A stretch of DNA of 64,000 nt. Source: a virus. The stretch's first letter is position 1, and each line of letters starts with the position of its first letter. A model generated the notes under the pieces. The model made no database searches. It was not told the DNA's origin and saw nothing but the letters and a program-made list of their open reading frames with translations. Made by a program: the position numbers and the translations under genes. The stretch is taken from UHGV virus genome UHGV-1352483; one strand, given 5' to 3'. This document shows positions 18,141-28,634 of the stretch, piece after piece.

Positions 18141-18591
18141 GAGAATAAAAGGGGCAAGAGTAACTGTATACAATAATATCAAATTCAGGAGCAGCTTTGA
18201 ATGTTCATGTTATAAAAGACTTGAACAATCGGGGCTTGAGTTCTATCATGAGCCCGAAAGGGTGGAATTATGGAAAGGACTCAAATTACAGAATATATCT
18301 GTATATGCTCCTAATAAGGTTAGGAATAGACCTGGAGTATATGAAAGGGATTTAAGCAGCCAAACTAATGCTTTAAGAAACCTTACTTATACTCCTGATT
18401 TCCTGGTAGTTAAGGATAAATATAGAATATATTTTGATGCAAAGGGCAAGGAGAATGATACTTACCCTATAAAGAAAAAGATGTTCTTGAAACACCTTGA
18501 TGAAAGGAATGATGGTCTAATGTATATATTTATGGAGCCTCATAGTATAAGACAAATGTTGCAAGCAATAGATATAATAAACAGCCTATGA
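18124..18591 (+). CDS. possible PD-(D/E)xK-fold nuclease
   Basis: TPDFLVV...YFDAKGKE resembles a restriction-endonuclease-like D...(D/E)xK core. Weak call. Confidence 0.35.
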   Translation: MEVENKRIKGARVTVYNNIKFRSSFECSCYKRLEQSGLEFYHEPERVELWKGLKLQNISVYAPNKVRNRPGVYERDLSSQTNALRNLTYTPDFLVVKDKYRIYFDAKGKENDTYPIKKKMFLKHLDERNDGLMYIFMEPHSIRQMLQAIDIINSL

Positions 18592-18902
18592 AACCAGTAG
18601 ATAGAATGAGAAAGCTTGTAAATTCACTTCCTGAAAGTGATATTACAGTAGCCAGTATGTTTATTGATACCAGAGATTTTGAATCATTAAATGAACTGGT
18701 AGTATCTGCAATACAGAAGACTAAGAACAGTCTTAGGTCAGAGAATCCTAAAGAAGAGTATCTTAATGCAGATATAACTGATATGAACACTCTAAGAGCA
18801 GAAGTTGATGTATATTTGGCACAACTTGAAGGATTGGACAGGGTTGGGGATAATACTGTTGATGCAATATTTGAGGATAATGAACCTGAACTTGGATGGT
18901 AA
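18588..18902 (+). CDS. hypothetical protein
   Basis: 104-aa ORF with overlapping stop and start codons on both sides. Confidence 0.35.
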   Translation: MKPVDRMRKLVNSLPESDITVASMFIDTRDFESLNELVVSAIQKTKNSLRSENPKEEYLNADITDMNTLRAEVDVYLAQLEGLDRVGDNTVDAIFEDNEPELGW

Positions 18903-19939
18903 TGAAAAGTATAAGGGAATTAGCTTGGAATGTAGAAGAATCTGAATATAGGAAGGATAAAGCCTACAGCTATTCTACATTATCAAGATTTGAGAGAGAA
19001 GGTTGGAGAAAGATTGGAAGTCTGTTTGATAAAGTTGATACTCCTGCCCTTACTTTTGGGTCAGCAGTCGATACTTTGCTTACTGATGGAGAGATAGCTT
19101 TCGACCAAAGGTTCATAATATGTTCTTTTCCCAGTATATCTGATACTCTTGTCAGCATTGTAAGAGAATTACATAGAAGACATGGTAAGAACTGTAAGAC
19201 TTTAGCTGATATTGAGGATAGGGAAATTGATGTAGTAGCCATAGCAAATGGCTATTATACAGGCTCAAGCTATGCTGCATTAAGGAAAAAGAACATAAGG
19301 GCTTGTGAGGAATATTATTCATTACTTACACTTGCAGGAGAAAGGACTGTATTGGCTCAGGAAGATTATGATGATGTTATAAGATGTATAACAGAATTAA
19401 GGGATAACAGTACAACTTCTGACTTCTTTACAAATAATCCTTTTGAAAGCCATATTGAGAAAGTATTCCAGTTAAAGTTCAAGGCTGAATATAATGGAAT
19501 ACCTGTAAGGTGTATGTTTGATGAACTAATAGTAGACCATGAGAAGAAGATAATATATCCTATAGACCTTAAGACCACAGGACATCCTGAGGAAGAATTT
19601 GAGGGCTCATTTGTCCAATGGAGATATGATATACAGGGTAAACTATATACATATGTTCTACAACAGGTAATTGAGAAGGATGAATACTTCAAGGACTTTA
19701 AGATTGAATATTATCAGTTTGTAGTAATCAATAGAAGAACTGTAGCTCCTGTTGTATGGGAGTTTCATGATAATTTCAGTGAATCTGACCTTACAACTGA
19801 ATCAGGATTTGTATTGAGGGATTGGAGGAAGATTATTGTTGACTTGGACTATTATATGAATAATCCTAATGTAAAGTATAAGAGAGAAGTACAGGAAAAT
19901 AGAGGTAGAATGAAAATAAGTAATTTGAGAACAGCATGA
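18896..19939 (+). CDS. PD-(D/E)xK (RecB/lambda-exonuclease-like) nuclease
   Basis: FDELIVDHEKKIIYPIDLKTTG fits the RecB-family nuclease core D..E.K with a TT(G) tail. Confidence 0.45.
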   Translation: MVMKSIRELAWNVEESEYRKDKAYSYSTLSRFEREGWRKIGSLFDKVDTPALTFGSAVDTLLTDGEIAFDQRFIICSFPSISDTLVSIVRELHRRHGKNCKTLADIEDREIDVVAIANGYYTGSSYAALRKKNIRACEEYYSLLTLAGERTVLAQEDYDDVIRCITELRDNSTTSDFFTNNPFESHIEKVFQLKFKAEYNGIPVRCMFDELIVDHEKKIIYPIDLKTTGHPEEEFEGSFVQWRYDIQGKLYTYVLQQVIEKDEYFKDFKIEYYQFVVINRRTVAPVVWEFHDNFSESDLTTESGFVLRDWRKIIVDLDYYMNNPNVKYKREVQENRGRMKISNLRTA

Positions 19940-22509
19940 CAGAATTGGAGTATTTTAAAGGGGATGAACTAGCAGCTTCAACATGGCAAAATAAGTATGC
20001 AGCAGAGGGAGAGGAAACTCCTGATGATATGCATAAAAGATTAGCTAAGGAGTTTGCTAGGGTTGAGGACAATTATAATTGGAGGATGAGTCAGGACAAT
20101 AAACTCAAACTATCCAATTATGGTTACAACAGACCTATATTAGACGAAGAAGGTATATATAATTTATTTAAGGACTTTAAGTATATTATTCCTGGAGGTT
20201 CTGTAATGTCAGGCTTAGGAACAGGAGCATTGGTTTCCTTATCTAATTGTTTTGTAATAGGTAGTCCTAAAGACAGCTATGCAGAAATAATGAGGACAAG
20301 GAACTTCCAAGTCCAACTTATGAAAAGAAGAGGGGGAGTAGGCTACGATTTATCAGAATTGAGGCCAAGAGGGGCTCAGGTAAATAATGCAGCCAGGACT
20401 TCAACTGGTGCAGCTTCTTTCATGGATGTATGTTCGGACATAACCAATGAGGTTGCCCAAAACGGGAGACGGGGGGCATTGATGCTAAGTATGAGTATTA
20501 ATCATCCTGACATTGAAGAATTTATAACTAAGAAACAGGATTTAACTAAGGTTACAGGAGCTAATATATCAGTTAAGGTTACTGATGAGTTTATGCAAGC
20601 TGTAGAGAAGGATGAAGATTATATTCTCAGATTCCCAGTAGATGAAAGTGTACCTCAAGGTCTTATGATTGAGGAGATGCCATATAATGAATTATGGTTC
20701 TTTTCAGATGATGACCATCCTAACTCTTTCTTTAAGAAAGTAAGAGCAAGAGAGCTATGGAATAAACTTATGCACTGTGCATGGAATACTGCTGAACCTG
20801 GTATAATGTTTGAGTCTCAAATGCACAATTATTCCCCTGACGGAGTATATGATGATTTCAGGATGATTGGGACAAATCCTTGTGGTGAAATACCAATGGG
20901 TCCTTATGATAGTTGCAGGTTGATTCATATAAACTTATCAAGTTATATTGATAAACCCTTTACAGATAAGGCATCCATTAATGAGGAATTGCTCTATACT
21001 CATGCATATGAAGCCATGAGGCTTGCAGACGACCTCGTAGACCTTGAAATTGAAGCTGTAGAAAAGATAATTGAAGCAGTAAAGGATGATGAGGACTTCA
21101 CAGAGTTCAATCTCTGGAGTAGAATAAGGGAAACTGCCAAGAAAGGGAGAAGAGCTGGTTTAGGTTTTACTGCACTGGCAGATGCAGTAGCTATGTTAGG
21201 TCTTAAGTATGATTCCGATGAAGGTCTCAAAGCTGTAGAACAGCTCATGAAGATTATGTTCAAAGGAGAATTGGATAGTACCATTGATATGGCTATTGAA
21301 AGAGGAGTATTCCCCACTTGGAATAGTAAACTAGAAGATGAAGGTAATTCATGGTTCAAAACCTTGAAGGAAACTGACTTGGACAGATATAAGAGACTTA
21401 TGTTATTCGGCAGAAGAAATATAAGTTGGTCTACTGTTGCACCTACTGGTACCGTAAGTATTTTAGCTGGTACATCCTCAGGAATAGAGCCTGTATTTAT
21501 GCCATTCTATCTGAGGAGAAGGAAGTGTATGTCCGAATCAGACAGAGTGGATTATATAGATAAGGTAGGGGAGAAGTATACATTATTCCCAGTTGTTCAC
21601 CCTAATCTGAAAAGATGGGTTCTTACAAATCAACTAAGGGATGCTGAGTCTCCTATTATCAGGCATTTACTTCCTCAAGAAGTGGTTCCTGGTAACCTTG
21701 AATGGTATATAGATGAAAACTGGACACTCAAGGAATGGGAAACTGCATTCAAGTATTCTCCTTATTATCAATCTACTGCATCAGAAATAGACTGGCATCA
21801 GAGAGTAAAACTTCAAGGTATTGTACAGAAGTATATTACCCATAGTATCAGTTCTACTGTCAATTTGAGTAAAGAAACTACTGAGGATGAGATTGCTGAC
21901 CTGTATATTGAAGCATGGAAGAATGGTCTTAAAGGTATAACCATATACAGAGATGGAAGTAGGGAAGGAGTACTTATCAAAGTTACCAAACCTGAACAGA
22001 TTGACAATAGGGAAGCACCCAAGAGACCTAAAGTTCTTGAAGCAGATTATTATCAGATTAAGTCCAAAGGAGAGCAGTTTATAGTTCTTGTCGGTCTATT
22101 AAAAGACAGACCTTACGAGATATTTGCATTCAAACCTCAGAGACCTGTTAACATAGAACATCATAAAGGTCAGATTACAAAGAGGGGTAAAGGTCAATAC
22201 AGTTTCAATTCGGAACATTTGAATATATCCAATATTCTATTGGCTAATGAGAATGTAGAAGAAAGGGCTGCAACTCTATATTCTTCAATGTTATTAAGGC
22301 ATGGAGTTGACATAAAGTATATTATTAAGACTGCCAAGAAGGTAAATGAGAATATATCTTCATTCAGTTCAGCTATGTGCAGAGTGCTGTCCAAATACCT
22401 TTCTAATGAGGAAGTAAAGGGGGAAACTTGCCCTCAATGTGGCGGTAAAATAATCCGTGAAGGGGGCTGCAAACATTGTGATTCCTGCGATTACAGTGCC
22501 TGTCAATAA
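19936..22509 (+). CDS. nrdJ: ribonucleotide reductase, class II (adenosylcobalamin-dependent, monomeric NrdJ-like)
   Basis: Active-site NPCGEIP thiyl-radical loop. C-terminal zinc ribbon CPQCGGKIIREGGCKHCDSC. No glycyl-radical motif (RVCGY) and no R2 partner in the window. Confidence 0.65.
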   Translation: MTELEYFKGDELAASTWQNKYAAEGEETPDDMHKRLAKEFARVEDNYNWRMSQDNKLKLSNYGYNRPILDEEGIYNLFKDFKYIIPGGSVMSGLGTGALVSLSNCFVIGSPKDSYAEIMRTRNFQVQLMKRRGGVGYDLSELRPRGAQVNNAARTSTGAASFMDVCSDITNEVAQNGRRGALMLSMSINHPDIEEFITKKQDLTKVTGANISVKVTDEFMQAVEKDEDYILRFPVDESVPQGLMIEEMPYNELWFFSDDDHPNSFFKKVRARELWNKLMHCAWNTAEPGIMFESQMHNYSPDGVYDDFRMIGTNPCGEIPMGPYDSCRLIHINLSSYIDKPFTDKASINEELLYTHAYEAMRLADDLVDLEIEAVEKIIEAVKDDEDFTEFNLWSRIRETAKKGRRAGLGFTALADAVAMLGLKYDSDEGLKAVEQLMKIMFKGELDSTIDMAIERGVFPTWNSKLEDEGNSWFKTLKETDLDRYKRLMLFGRRNISWSTVAPTGTVSILAGTSSGIEPVFMPFYLRRRKCMSESDRVDYIDKVGEKYTLFPVVHPNLKRWVLTNQLRDAESPIIRHLLPQEVVPGNLEWYIDENWTLKEWETAFKYSPYYQSTASEIDWHQRVKLQGIVQKYITHSISSTVNLSKETTEDEIADLYIEAWKNGLKGITIYRDGSREGVLIKVTKPEQIDNREAPKRPKVLEADYYQIKSKGEQFIVLVGLLKDRPYEIFAFKPQRPVNIEHHKGQITKRGKGQYSFNSEHLNISNILLANENVEERAATLYSSMLLRHGVDIKYIIKTAKKVNENISSFSSAMCRVLSKYLSNEEVKGETCPQCGGKIIREGGCKHCDSCDYSACQ

Positions 22510-22539
22510 TTAAAAAAAAAAAGATTACAGAAGGAAAGT

Positions 22540-23004
22540 ATGAAAATCAAAGTAAAAGAAATAACAAAAGGCTGTTTCCCAGTAGTAATAAAAGGGAAAG
22601 GGGATTTTATTGATTTAGTTCTTGCGGAAGATGCCAAGTTCACCAAGAAAGGTTTTGGGCTTGTAAGTCTTGGAGTTGCAATGGAACTTCCTAAGGGAAT
22701 GATAGCAAAGGTAGTAAGTAGAAGTAGCACTCCTGCAAAATACAATGTTATAGTAGCTAACTCAGTTGGTATAATTGATAATGTATATAATGGAGATAAT
22801 GATGAATGGAAAGCTCCATTGTATGCTCTGAAAGCTACTACTATTCCCAAAGGTACAAGAATATGCCAATTTGAAGTAGTTCCTTCCCAATTTGCCACAT
22901 TCTTTCAGAAATTGAGATGGATGTTATCAAAACCAAAGCTTGTTAAAGTAAACATGCTTGGAAACAAGAACAGAGGAGGATTCGGGTCAACTGGGCAAAA
23001 ATAA
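22540..23004 (+). CDS. dut: dUTP diphosphatase (trimeric dUTPase)
   Basis: Motif 2 VVSRSSTPAK, motif 3 VGIIDNVYNGD and motif 5 NRGGFGSTGQ at the C-terminus. The start follows A11 (22512-22522). Confidence 0.8.
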   Translation: MKIKVKEITKGCFPVVIKGKGDFIDLVLAEDAKFTKKGFGLVSLGVAMELPKGMIAKVVSRSSTPAKYNVIVANSVGIIDNVYNGDNDEWKAPLYALKATTIPKGTRICQFEVVPSQFATFFQKLRWMLSKPKLVKVNMLGNKNRGGFGSTGQK

Positions 23005-23028
23005 GAACTAAAAAAAAAACATGAAAGC

Positions 23029-23535
23029 ATGGAATTTATTACAGGATTAATCGTAACATTAGCTTTAGCAGCTGTGCTAGCCTTTGTAGCTAATGTTGTA
23101 GACGATATACGGAAGAAAGGAAAAGCTATAAAAGGTAGGATTTCCTTTAGAGAGACAATGGATTTAACAGATTTGCCAATTATTACATTCATGAATAATG
23201 GTAAGAAACTTAACTTTCTTTTAGATAGTGGAGCTTCCTATTCATCAATAAATGAAAAGGCACTCAGGGGTCTCAAATATGAGAAGACTGAAGAAGTCGG
23301 AACTCATTATGGGATTGAAGGGGAACTGGTTGAATCCAGATATATTCAGATGAATGTTGAATATGCAAACAGTAACTATCTAGAGAATTTCCAAGTTGTA
23401 GATTTGAGTAAGGCATTTAATCAAATGAAGGCTGAAACAGGAGTAAATCTGCATGGTATATTAGGTAATTCTTTCTTCACAAGATATAAATATATACTAG
23501 ACTTCGATGAACTAACAGCTTATTCAGTTATGTAA
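23029..23535 (+). CDS. membrane-anchored retropepsin-like aspartic protease
   Basis: N-terminal TM helix LIVTLALAAVLAFVANVV. Catalytic FLLDSGAS (nt 23221-23238) matches the clan AA D-S/T-G-A motif. A10 lies upstream. Confidence 0.5.
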   Translation: MEFITGLIVTLALAAVLAFVANVVDDIRKKGKAIKGRISFRETMDLTDLPIITFMNNGKKLNFLLDSGASYSSINEKALRGLKYEKTEEVGTHYGIEGELVESRYIQMNVEYANSNYLENFQVVDLSKAFNQMKAETGVNLHGILGNSFFTRYKYILDFDELTAYSVM

Positions 23536-23536
23536 T

Positions 23537-23806
23537 ATGGAAGCAATAATTAAACTGGAATCCAAATATGAGGAAAGAAACTGGTTAAAAAGATTAAAGA
23601 AAGCTGGAACTGATGAAGAGTCCAAGACTTATCTGCTTAATACTGCTTCTCCTTTCAATGCGGGATATATAGATGCAAAGACCAAATTCATTGATTTGGC
23701 TGGAGGGCCTATGCTTATTGAAGGACAGTTTCTTGCGGAAGCTGACAGTAAGATAAAGTCCATTGACCATATTACTGGATTTGGCTGGACTATTACTTTC
23801 AGTTGA
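23537..23806 (+). CDS. hypothetical protein
   Basis: 89-aa ORF that starts immediately after the protease stop. Confidence 0.35.
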   Translation: MEAIIKLESKYEERNWLKRLKKAGTDEESKTYLLNTASPFNAGYIDAKTKFIDLAGGPMLIEGQFLAEADSKIKSIDHITGFGWTITFS

Positions 23807-23832
23807 TTAAAAAAAAAAAGAAAGGAGAGGAT

Positions 23833-26154
23833 ATGATTTATTTGGTATCTCAACAGATACTTCCTGAATCAGACTTATTCCAAAGGGTAACAGTTGAAGA
23901 ATCACTTGAGCTTCTTGAAAGGATAAGAACAGTAGGACTTGATACTGAAACCAAAGGGTTTGACCCTTATACCAAAGAACTCATAATGCTCCAATTAGGG
24001 TGTTATGAGTTTCAGGTAGTTATAGATATAACTACAGTAGACATTAATTTCTATAAGGAATATCTTGAATCTGATAGGTTGTTTATAGGTTGGAATATAA
24101 AGTTTGACCTTAAATTCCTGTTCCATCATAAGATTGTACTTAAGAATGTATATGATGGATTCCTTGCAGAAAAGTTAATGTGGTTAGGATATCCATCAGG
24201 TATTCATTCTATGGCTTTAAAAGCTGCTGGAGAGAACTATCTTGGGGTAGAACTGGATAAGACTGTACGAGGGAAGGTTATGTGGGCTGGACTTGCAGAA
24301 GATGTAATCGAATATGGAGCCAATGATGTAAAATATCTAGAGAAAATCAAGGATGCCCAACAGATAGAACTCAATAAAAGAGGGCTGGTTACAGCTCTTG
24401 AATATGAGAACAGGTCTGTAATTTGGATGGCATATACTGAATATTGTGGAGTTCTGCTGGATACAGAAAGGTGGAAACTTAAAATGACTTTGGATAGCTT
24501 TACTGAAAAGGTATTTAAGGATGCTCTCGACAACTGGGTAATATCATCATGTAAGGGTGAATTATATTCCTATCATTATCTACAGACTGAGGGTATGGAA
24601 GAGGAAGATATCCTTAAGGCAAGAAAGAAGATGAAAGGGGAAAGAAGCCCTGAACATGATATCAAAGGAGCTATAAGAGGATATTGTGAAGCCTATAAGA
24701 TTCCAGTGGATGCCAGACTAAGCAATAAGTTCATTAGAGAAGATTTACAGGGGGATTTATTCTTAGGATTTCAGGATAGGGCACAATGTCTTATCAACTG
24801 GGATAGTCCTAAACAAGTTATACCATTGTTTAAATCTCTAGGATTCAATCTGTTGGCAAAGGATAAGGATACAGGAGAATTCAAGGATAGCATAGAGGCT
24901 AAAGTAATAGAGCCTCAACAGGATAAATCTACTATTGCATATCTTTATTTGCAATATAAGGCAGCCAAGAAACTTACTTCTACTTATGGACAGAATGTAT
25001 TAGACCAAATTAATCCTGTTAGTGGAAGAATCCATACTAACTTCAATCAACTTGGAACTGATACAGGAAGGTTAAGTTCGGGTGGGAAGGATAAACAAAA
25101 CAATCTTGAGTATCTTAATTTCCAGAACTTTCCTAATGATAAGGAAACAAGAGCATGTTTTATATCAGGTAAGGGAATGAGATGGATATCATGTGATTAT
25201 TCAGGGCAGGAATCCAGGATTATAGCTGATATAACCAATGACCCTGCTATGATTGACTTGTTTAACAATGGCTGTGGGGATGTACATTCCCTAGTTGCTA
25301 AAATGGCTTTCCCTGATATTATAGGAGATTGTCCTATTGAGCAGATAAAGAAGAAGTTTCATGGGCTTAGGAATGATGTAAAATCACAAGTGGAATTTCC
25401 TATTAATTATGGTGGGGACTTCAATACTATTATGCAGCATTCAGGTAAATCCATGCAGGAGTCCAAGAGGATATATGATAATTATATGAAAGGTTTTAAG
25501 GGTATCAAGGCATATCAGGACAAACAGAGAGCACAGGTTATGAAGACTGGAATGATATTACTTAATCCTTACAGCCAGCATAAGGCATATATCTATGATT
25601 ATGATATCCTGATGGGTATTCAAGCTAGATTCAATAAGGAGTTCTGGGATACTTATAGGATATATAAAGGTCAGGAGAATAAACTTCTTCCCAAGCCTGT
25701 ACTTCAGGAACTCTATCAGAAGTTTGCAAGAGGAGATAGTTTCAATGGAATGGTAGGAACATACACCTATACTTCAAAGAAAGCCAATAAGTCTGAGAAC
25801 AAGGAAGTATATGTATCAATAGCTGATGTTTATGTACATCCTGTCAAACATTTCTTTAAGAGAAAGTCTGCTTCTGAGAAACAAAGTATAAACTACCCGT
25901 GCCAAGGAACTGGGGCTGTTATGTTCAAAACTGCTTCAATATTCTTATGGGAGTATTTATTAGAACATGATTTGGTATTTAAAGTAAAGTTGTGTATCCC
26001 CTGCCATGACGAAATTAATATAGAAGTACCTGAAAACATAGCTGATGAAATGACTGAAGTATTACAGGACTGTATGAAGAGAGCAGGAGGATTCTTCTGT
26101 AGAAAGATTGAGCTTCCCGCTGATGCAGAAGTAGGGAATTGCTGGATTCACTAA
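23833..26154 (+). CDS. family-A DNA polymerase with 3'-5' exonuclease domain
   Basis: Exo I DTETKGF, Exo III YGANDV, Pol motif A SCDYSGQESRI (DYSQIELR-like), motif B ...VEFPINYGG and motif C CHDEINIEV. Start set to the ATG at 23833, after A11 and AAAGGAGAGG. Confidence 0.8.
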   Translation: MIYLVSQQILPESDLFQRVTVEESLELLERIRTVGLDTETKGFDPYTKELIMLQLGCYEFQVVIDITTVDINFYKEYLESDRLFIGWNIKFDLKFLFHHKIVLKNVYDGFLAEKLMWLGYPSGIHSMALKAAGENYLGVELDKTVRGKVMWAGLAEDVIEYGANDVKYLEKIKDAQQIELNKRGLVTALEYENRSVIWMAYTEYCGVLLDTERWKLKMTLDSFTEKVFKDALDNWVISSCKGELYSYHYLQTEGMEEEDILKARKKMKGERSPEHDIKGAIRGYCEAYKIPVDARLSNKFIREDLQGDLFLGFQDRAQCLINWDSPKQVIPLFKSLGFNLLAKDKDTGEFKDSIEAKVIEPQQDKSTIAYLYLQYKAAKKLTSTYGQNVLDQINPVSGRIHTNFNQLGTDTGRLSSGGKDKQNNLEYLNFQNFPNDKETRACFISGKGMRWISCDYSGQESRIIADITNDPAMIDLFNNGCGDVHSLVAKMAFPDIIGDCPIEQIKKKFHGLRNDVKSQVEFPINYGGDFNTIMQHSGKSMQESKRIYDNYMKGFKGIKAYQDKQRAQVMKTGMILLNPYSQHKAYIYDYDILMGIQARFNKEFWDTYRIYKGQENKLLPKPVLQELYQKFARGDSFNGMVGTYTYTSKKANKSENKEVYVSIADVYVHPVKHFFKRKSASEKQSINYPCQGTGAVMFKTASIFLWEYLLEHDLVFKVKLCIPCHDEINIEVPENIADEMTEVLQDCMKRAGGFFCRKIELPADAEVGNCWIH

Positions 26155-26169
26155 AAATAAAGGACAAGT

Positions 26170-26424
26170 ATGGTGATATATGCAACAATAACAGCATTGG
26201 CAGTAGTAGTATTGATTCTACTGCCTCTGCTTCGTAGTTCCATAAGAGACCTTGAGAGGACTTATGTTATAGATGGTAAAGAATGCAGGATTGAAAAGAG
26301 AGCATCAATATATGATGCTGACTCTAACAGATTCTACAATGGAGTATTATATTATACATTAGATGATGGTAAATATTATATAAAAAGAGAGGAGGAATTT
26401 TTCAATGGACATAGAAATAAGTAA
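26170..26424 (+). CDS. small membrane protein
   Basis: 84 aa with an N-terminal hydrophobic helix AVVVLILLPLL. Confidence 0.35.
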   Translation: MVIYATITALAVVVLILLPLLRSSIRDLERTYVIDGKECRIEKRASIYDADSNRFYNGVLYYTLDDGKYYIKREEEFFNGHRNK

Positions 26425-26701
26425 AACAGACCCGAAAGTAGCTCATTTTCATAAGATAACAGAGGGTATGACAGAAACATTTACAGCAAAGAACCATGAT
26501 TATGGAGATTCATTCGGTCAATCATTGGATGAATTTGGATTGGTGGCTTCTGTTGTAAGGTTAGGAGACAAAATGAATAGAATAAAATCCCTTACTAGAC
26601 AAGAAGGTCAGGTAAAGGATGAGTCTGTAAAGGATACATTATTGGATATGGCGAATTATGCTATAATGACAGTAATGTGGATGGAAAATCAAGAGAGATA
26701 A
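26405..26701 (+). CDS. hypothetical protein (possible nucleotide pyrophosphohydrolase-like)
   Basis: 98 aa. KNHDYGDSFGQ...RLGDKMNRI is reminiscent of small all-alpha phage NTP-PPase-like proteins. Weak call. Confidence 0.3.
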   Translation: MDIEISKTDPKVAHFHKITEGMTETFTAKNHDYGDSFGQSLDEFGLVASVVRLGDKMNRIKSLTRQEGQVKDESVKDTLLDMANYAIMTVMWMENQER

Positions 26702-26702
26702 T

Positions 26703-26978
26703 ATGGAAGAGTGTGAAAATGGATGTATTCCCTGTACAGCAGAAATACTTAAACTATGGTTAGTCAAGTATAATATAAGTACAGGAGGAAGGGGAATTGC
26801 TGTTGTAAAGGCTACTGGTGCTGAATCAGCTTCAAGAATTCTGAAAGCAGAAGGAAGTTTGAATGGAGTACCGAATAGTTATAATATAGTAAGTATGGAA
26901 GAGATTGATTATCTTCCTGATGCAGGAGTTATAGCGGAAGCTACATTATTAACACAAGAAGAGGAGAGTTGGAAATGA
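26703..26978 (+). CDS. hypothetical protein
   Basis: 91-aa ORF overlapping thyX by a few nt. Confidence 0.35.
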   Translation: MEECENGCIPCTAEILKLWLVKYNISTGGRGIAVVKATGAESASRILKAEGSLNGVPNSYNIVSMEEIDYLPDAGVIAEATLLTQEEESWK

Positions 26979-27844
26979 AACTTATCAAACCTTCATTTGA
27001 GATAATTGAGCAAGAGCCAGGACTGGACGGAGTATATAAGCAAATAGAACTTGCTGGAAGAACTTGTTATAAATCAGAAGATAAGATAACAGAGAATTCT
27101 GCAAAGGAATTTGTAGACAGGATGATTAAATCAGGACATGGAGCTATGCTTGAACATGGTACTGTTTATCTTGAAGCTAAAGATAAAGACCTGGCTGATA
27201 AATACTCTACCAATAGGTATTCAGTGGTTACATGGGTAAGTTATGGAATGGTTTCAAATACAGATGCTTATTACATTACAACTAATCTGAGAGTTCTCGT
27301 AGAAAACAATTGGATGAACGACCTTAATTTTCTTTGTGAACCTACAAAACTCCATGAGAAAAGAATCTCTGTAAGAGTCATTTGTGACCGTGGAGTTTCC
27401 CATGAGTTTGTAAGACATAGAGTATTCAGTTTTGCGCAAGAAAGTACGAGATATTGTAATTATTCTAAGGATAAGTATAATAATTGCGTTACTTTTATAC
27501 TTCCTAATTGGTGTACTAATGTTAATGTAGATGATTACAAAAGGAATCCTAAATTAATGTATAATGCTAATGGAACATTGACTGATAATGAAATAAATTT
27601 CTTATGTGGACTATATGATTCTGAATCAAGATATTTGAAATTATTAGAAAATGGTTGGACTCCCCAACAAGCAAGAGCTATATTACCTAACAGTCTTAAA
27701 ACAGAACTGGTAATAACTGGCACTGTCAGTCAATGGAAAGGTTTCTTTAAATTAAGGGATAGTATGAAAGCTCATCCTCAGGCTTATGAATTAGCCCATC
27801 CTTTACATGAAGAATTTATAAGAAGAGGCTATATTAATGAATAA
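26969..27844 (+). CDS. thyX: flavin-dependent thymidylate synthase ThyX
   Basis: ThyX signature RHRxxSxxxxSxRY present as FVRHRVFSFAQESTRY. Confidence 0.75.
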   Translation: MEMKLIKPSFEIIEQEPGLDGVYKQIELAGRTCYKSEDKITENSAKEFVDRMIKSGHGAMLEHGTVYLEAKDKDLADKYSTNRYSVVTWVSYGMVSNTDAYYITTNLRVLVENNWMNDLNFLCEPTKLHEKRISVRVICDRGVSHEFVRHRVFSFAQESTRYCNYSKDKYNNCVTFILPNWCTNVNVDDYKRNPKLMYNANGTLTDNEINFLCGLYDSESRYLKLLENGWTPQQARAILPNSLKTELVITGTVSQWKGFFKLRDSMKAHPQAYELAHPLHEEFIRRGYINE

Positions 27845-27852
27845 AAAAAAAC

Positions 27853-28620
27853 ATGAGAACAAACCTTATTAAAAACAAAATTGAAACAGAAATAAAGGAG
27901 CAAAAGAATGAGGTATCTGATAGTAAATTGGATATGGTGATTGCTTTTGATACTACTGGTTCCATGAGTAATTATATTGATGCTGTAAAGAAGCATGTGC
28001 GGGAACTCATTTCAAAATTACTAGACAGTAATCCTGATTTAAGGATAGGAATAGTAGCCTTTGGAGATTATTGTGATGCTACATCAGCGAATGACCTTGG
28101 TATAGCATACCAATGTATTTATCCTACAAATGAAAAAGAACTTCTTATTGATTTTGTAGTATCATCCAAGAGAACCTCAGGAGGAGACTATAATGAATTC
28201 TATGAGCTGGTTATCAAGAAGATTACTGAGGAAACCCCTTGGAGAGAGGATGCTAAAAAGTCAGTATTACTAATAGCTGATGCTACCCCTCATAGTATTG
28301 GTTATAATTATCCAGGTATGGTGAAAAACAATCAGATTGATTGGAAAGAGGAAGCTAGGAAGGCTGCTGCAAAAGGTGTTAAGTTTGACACTGTCACTAT
28401 AAGCCCTCATATTTGGTTTAAGGAGTTATCAGAAATAACTAATGGTATTTCTGTGCCATTCAGTAATAGTTATAAAACTGCTCAGCTTATGGAAGCTGCT
28501 GCTTATGCAAGAGGGGGAGGCAAAACAAGAGCCCTTTATAAAAAGCAAGTAGAAGCAGTAAAGGATGATATTGAATTATCTATGGTATATGAAGCTTATT
28601 CAAAGGAAGTTATAGGATAA
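27853..28620 (+). CDS. vWA-domain protein
   Basis: MIDAS motif VIAFDTTGSM near the N-terminus, then IVAFGDY. Start follows A9-C. Confidence 0.5.
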   Translation: MRTNLIKNKIETEIKEQKNEVSDSKLDMVIAFDTTGSMSNYIDAVKKHVRELISKLLDSNPDLRIGIVAFGDYCDATSANDLGIAYQCIYPTNEKELLIDFVVSSKRTSGGDYNEFYELVIKKITEETPWREDAKKSVLLIADATPHSIGYNYPGMVKNNQIDWKEEARKAAAKGVKFDTVTISPHIWFKELSEITNGISVPFSNSYKTAQLMEAAAYARGGGKTRALYKKQVEAVKDDIELSMVYEAYSKEVIG

Positions 28621-28634
28621 AAAAAAAGAAAACT

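Noticed and set aside
23021-23050. ATG at 23021 directly after A10 (MKAWNLLQD*)
   Set aside because: It encodes only 9 codons before a stop. The in-frame protease start at 23029 is used instead. The 23021 ATG may just be part of the leader.
19936-26154. Possible inteins or group I introns interrupting RNR or DNA polymerase, which are common in crAss-like phages
   Set aside because: Both ORFs are continuous with motifs in canonical order and spacing and have normal lengths (857 aa and about 773 aa). No HNH, LAGLIDADG or Hint blocks were seen.
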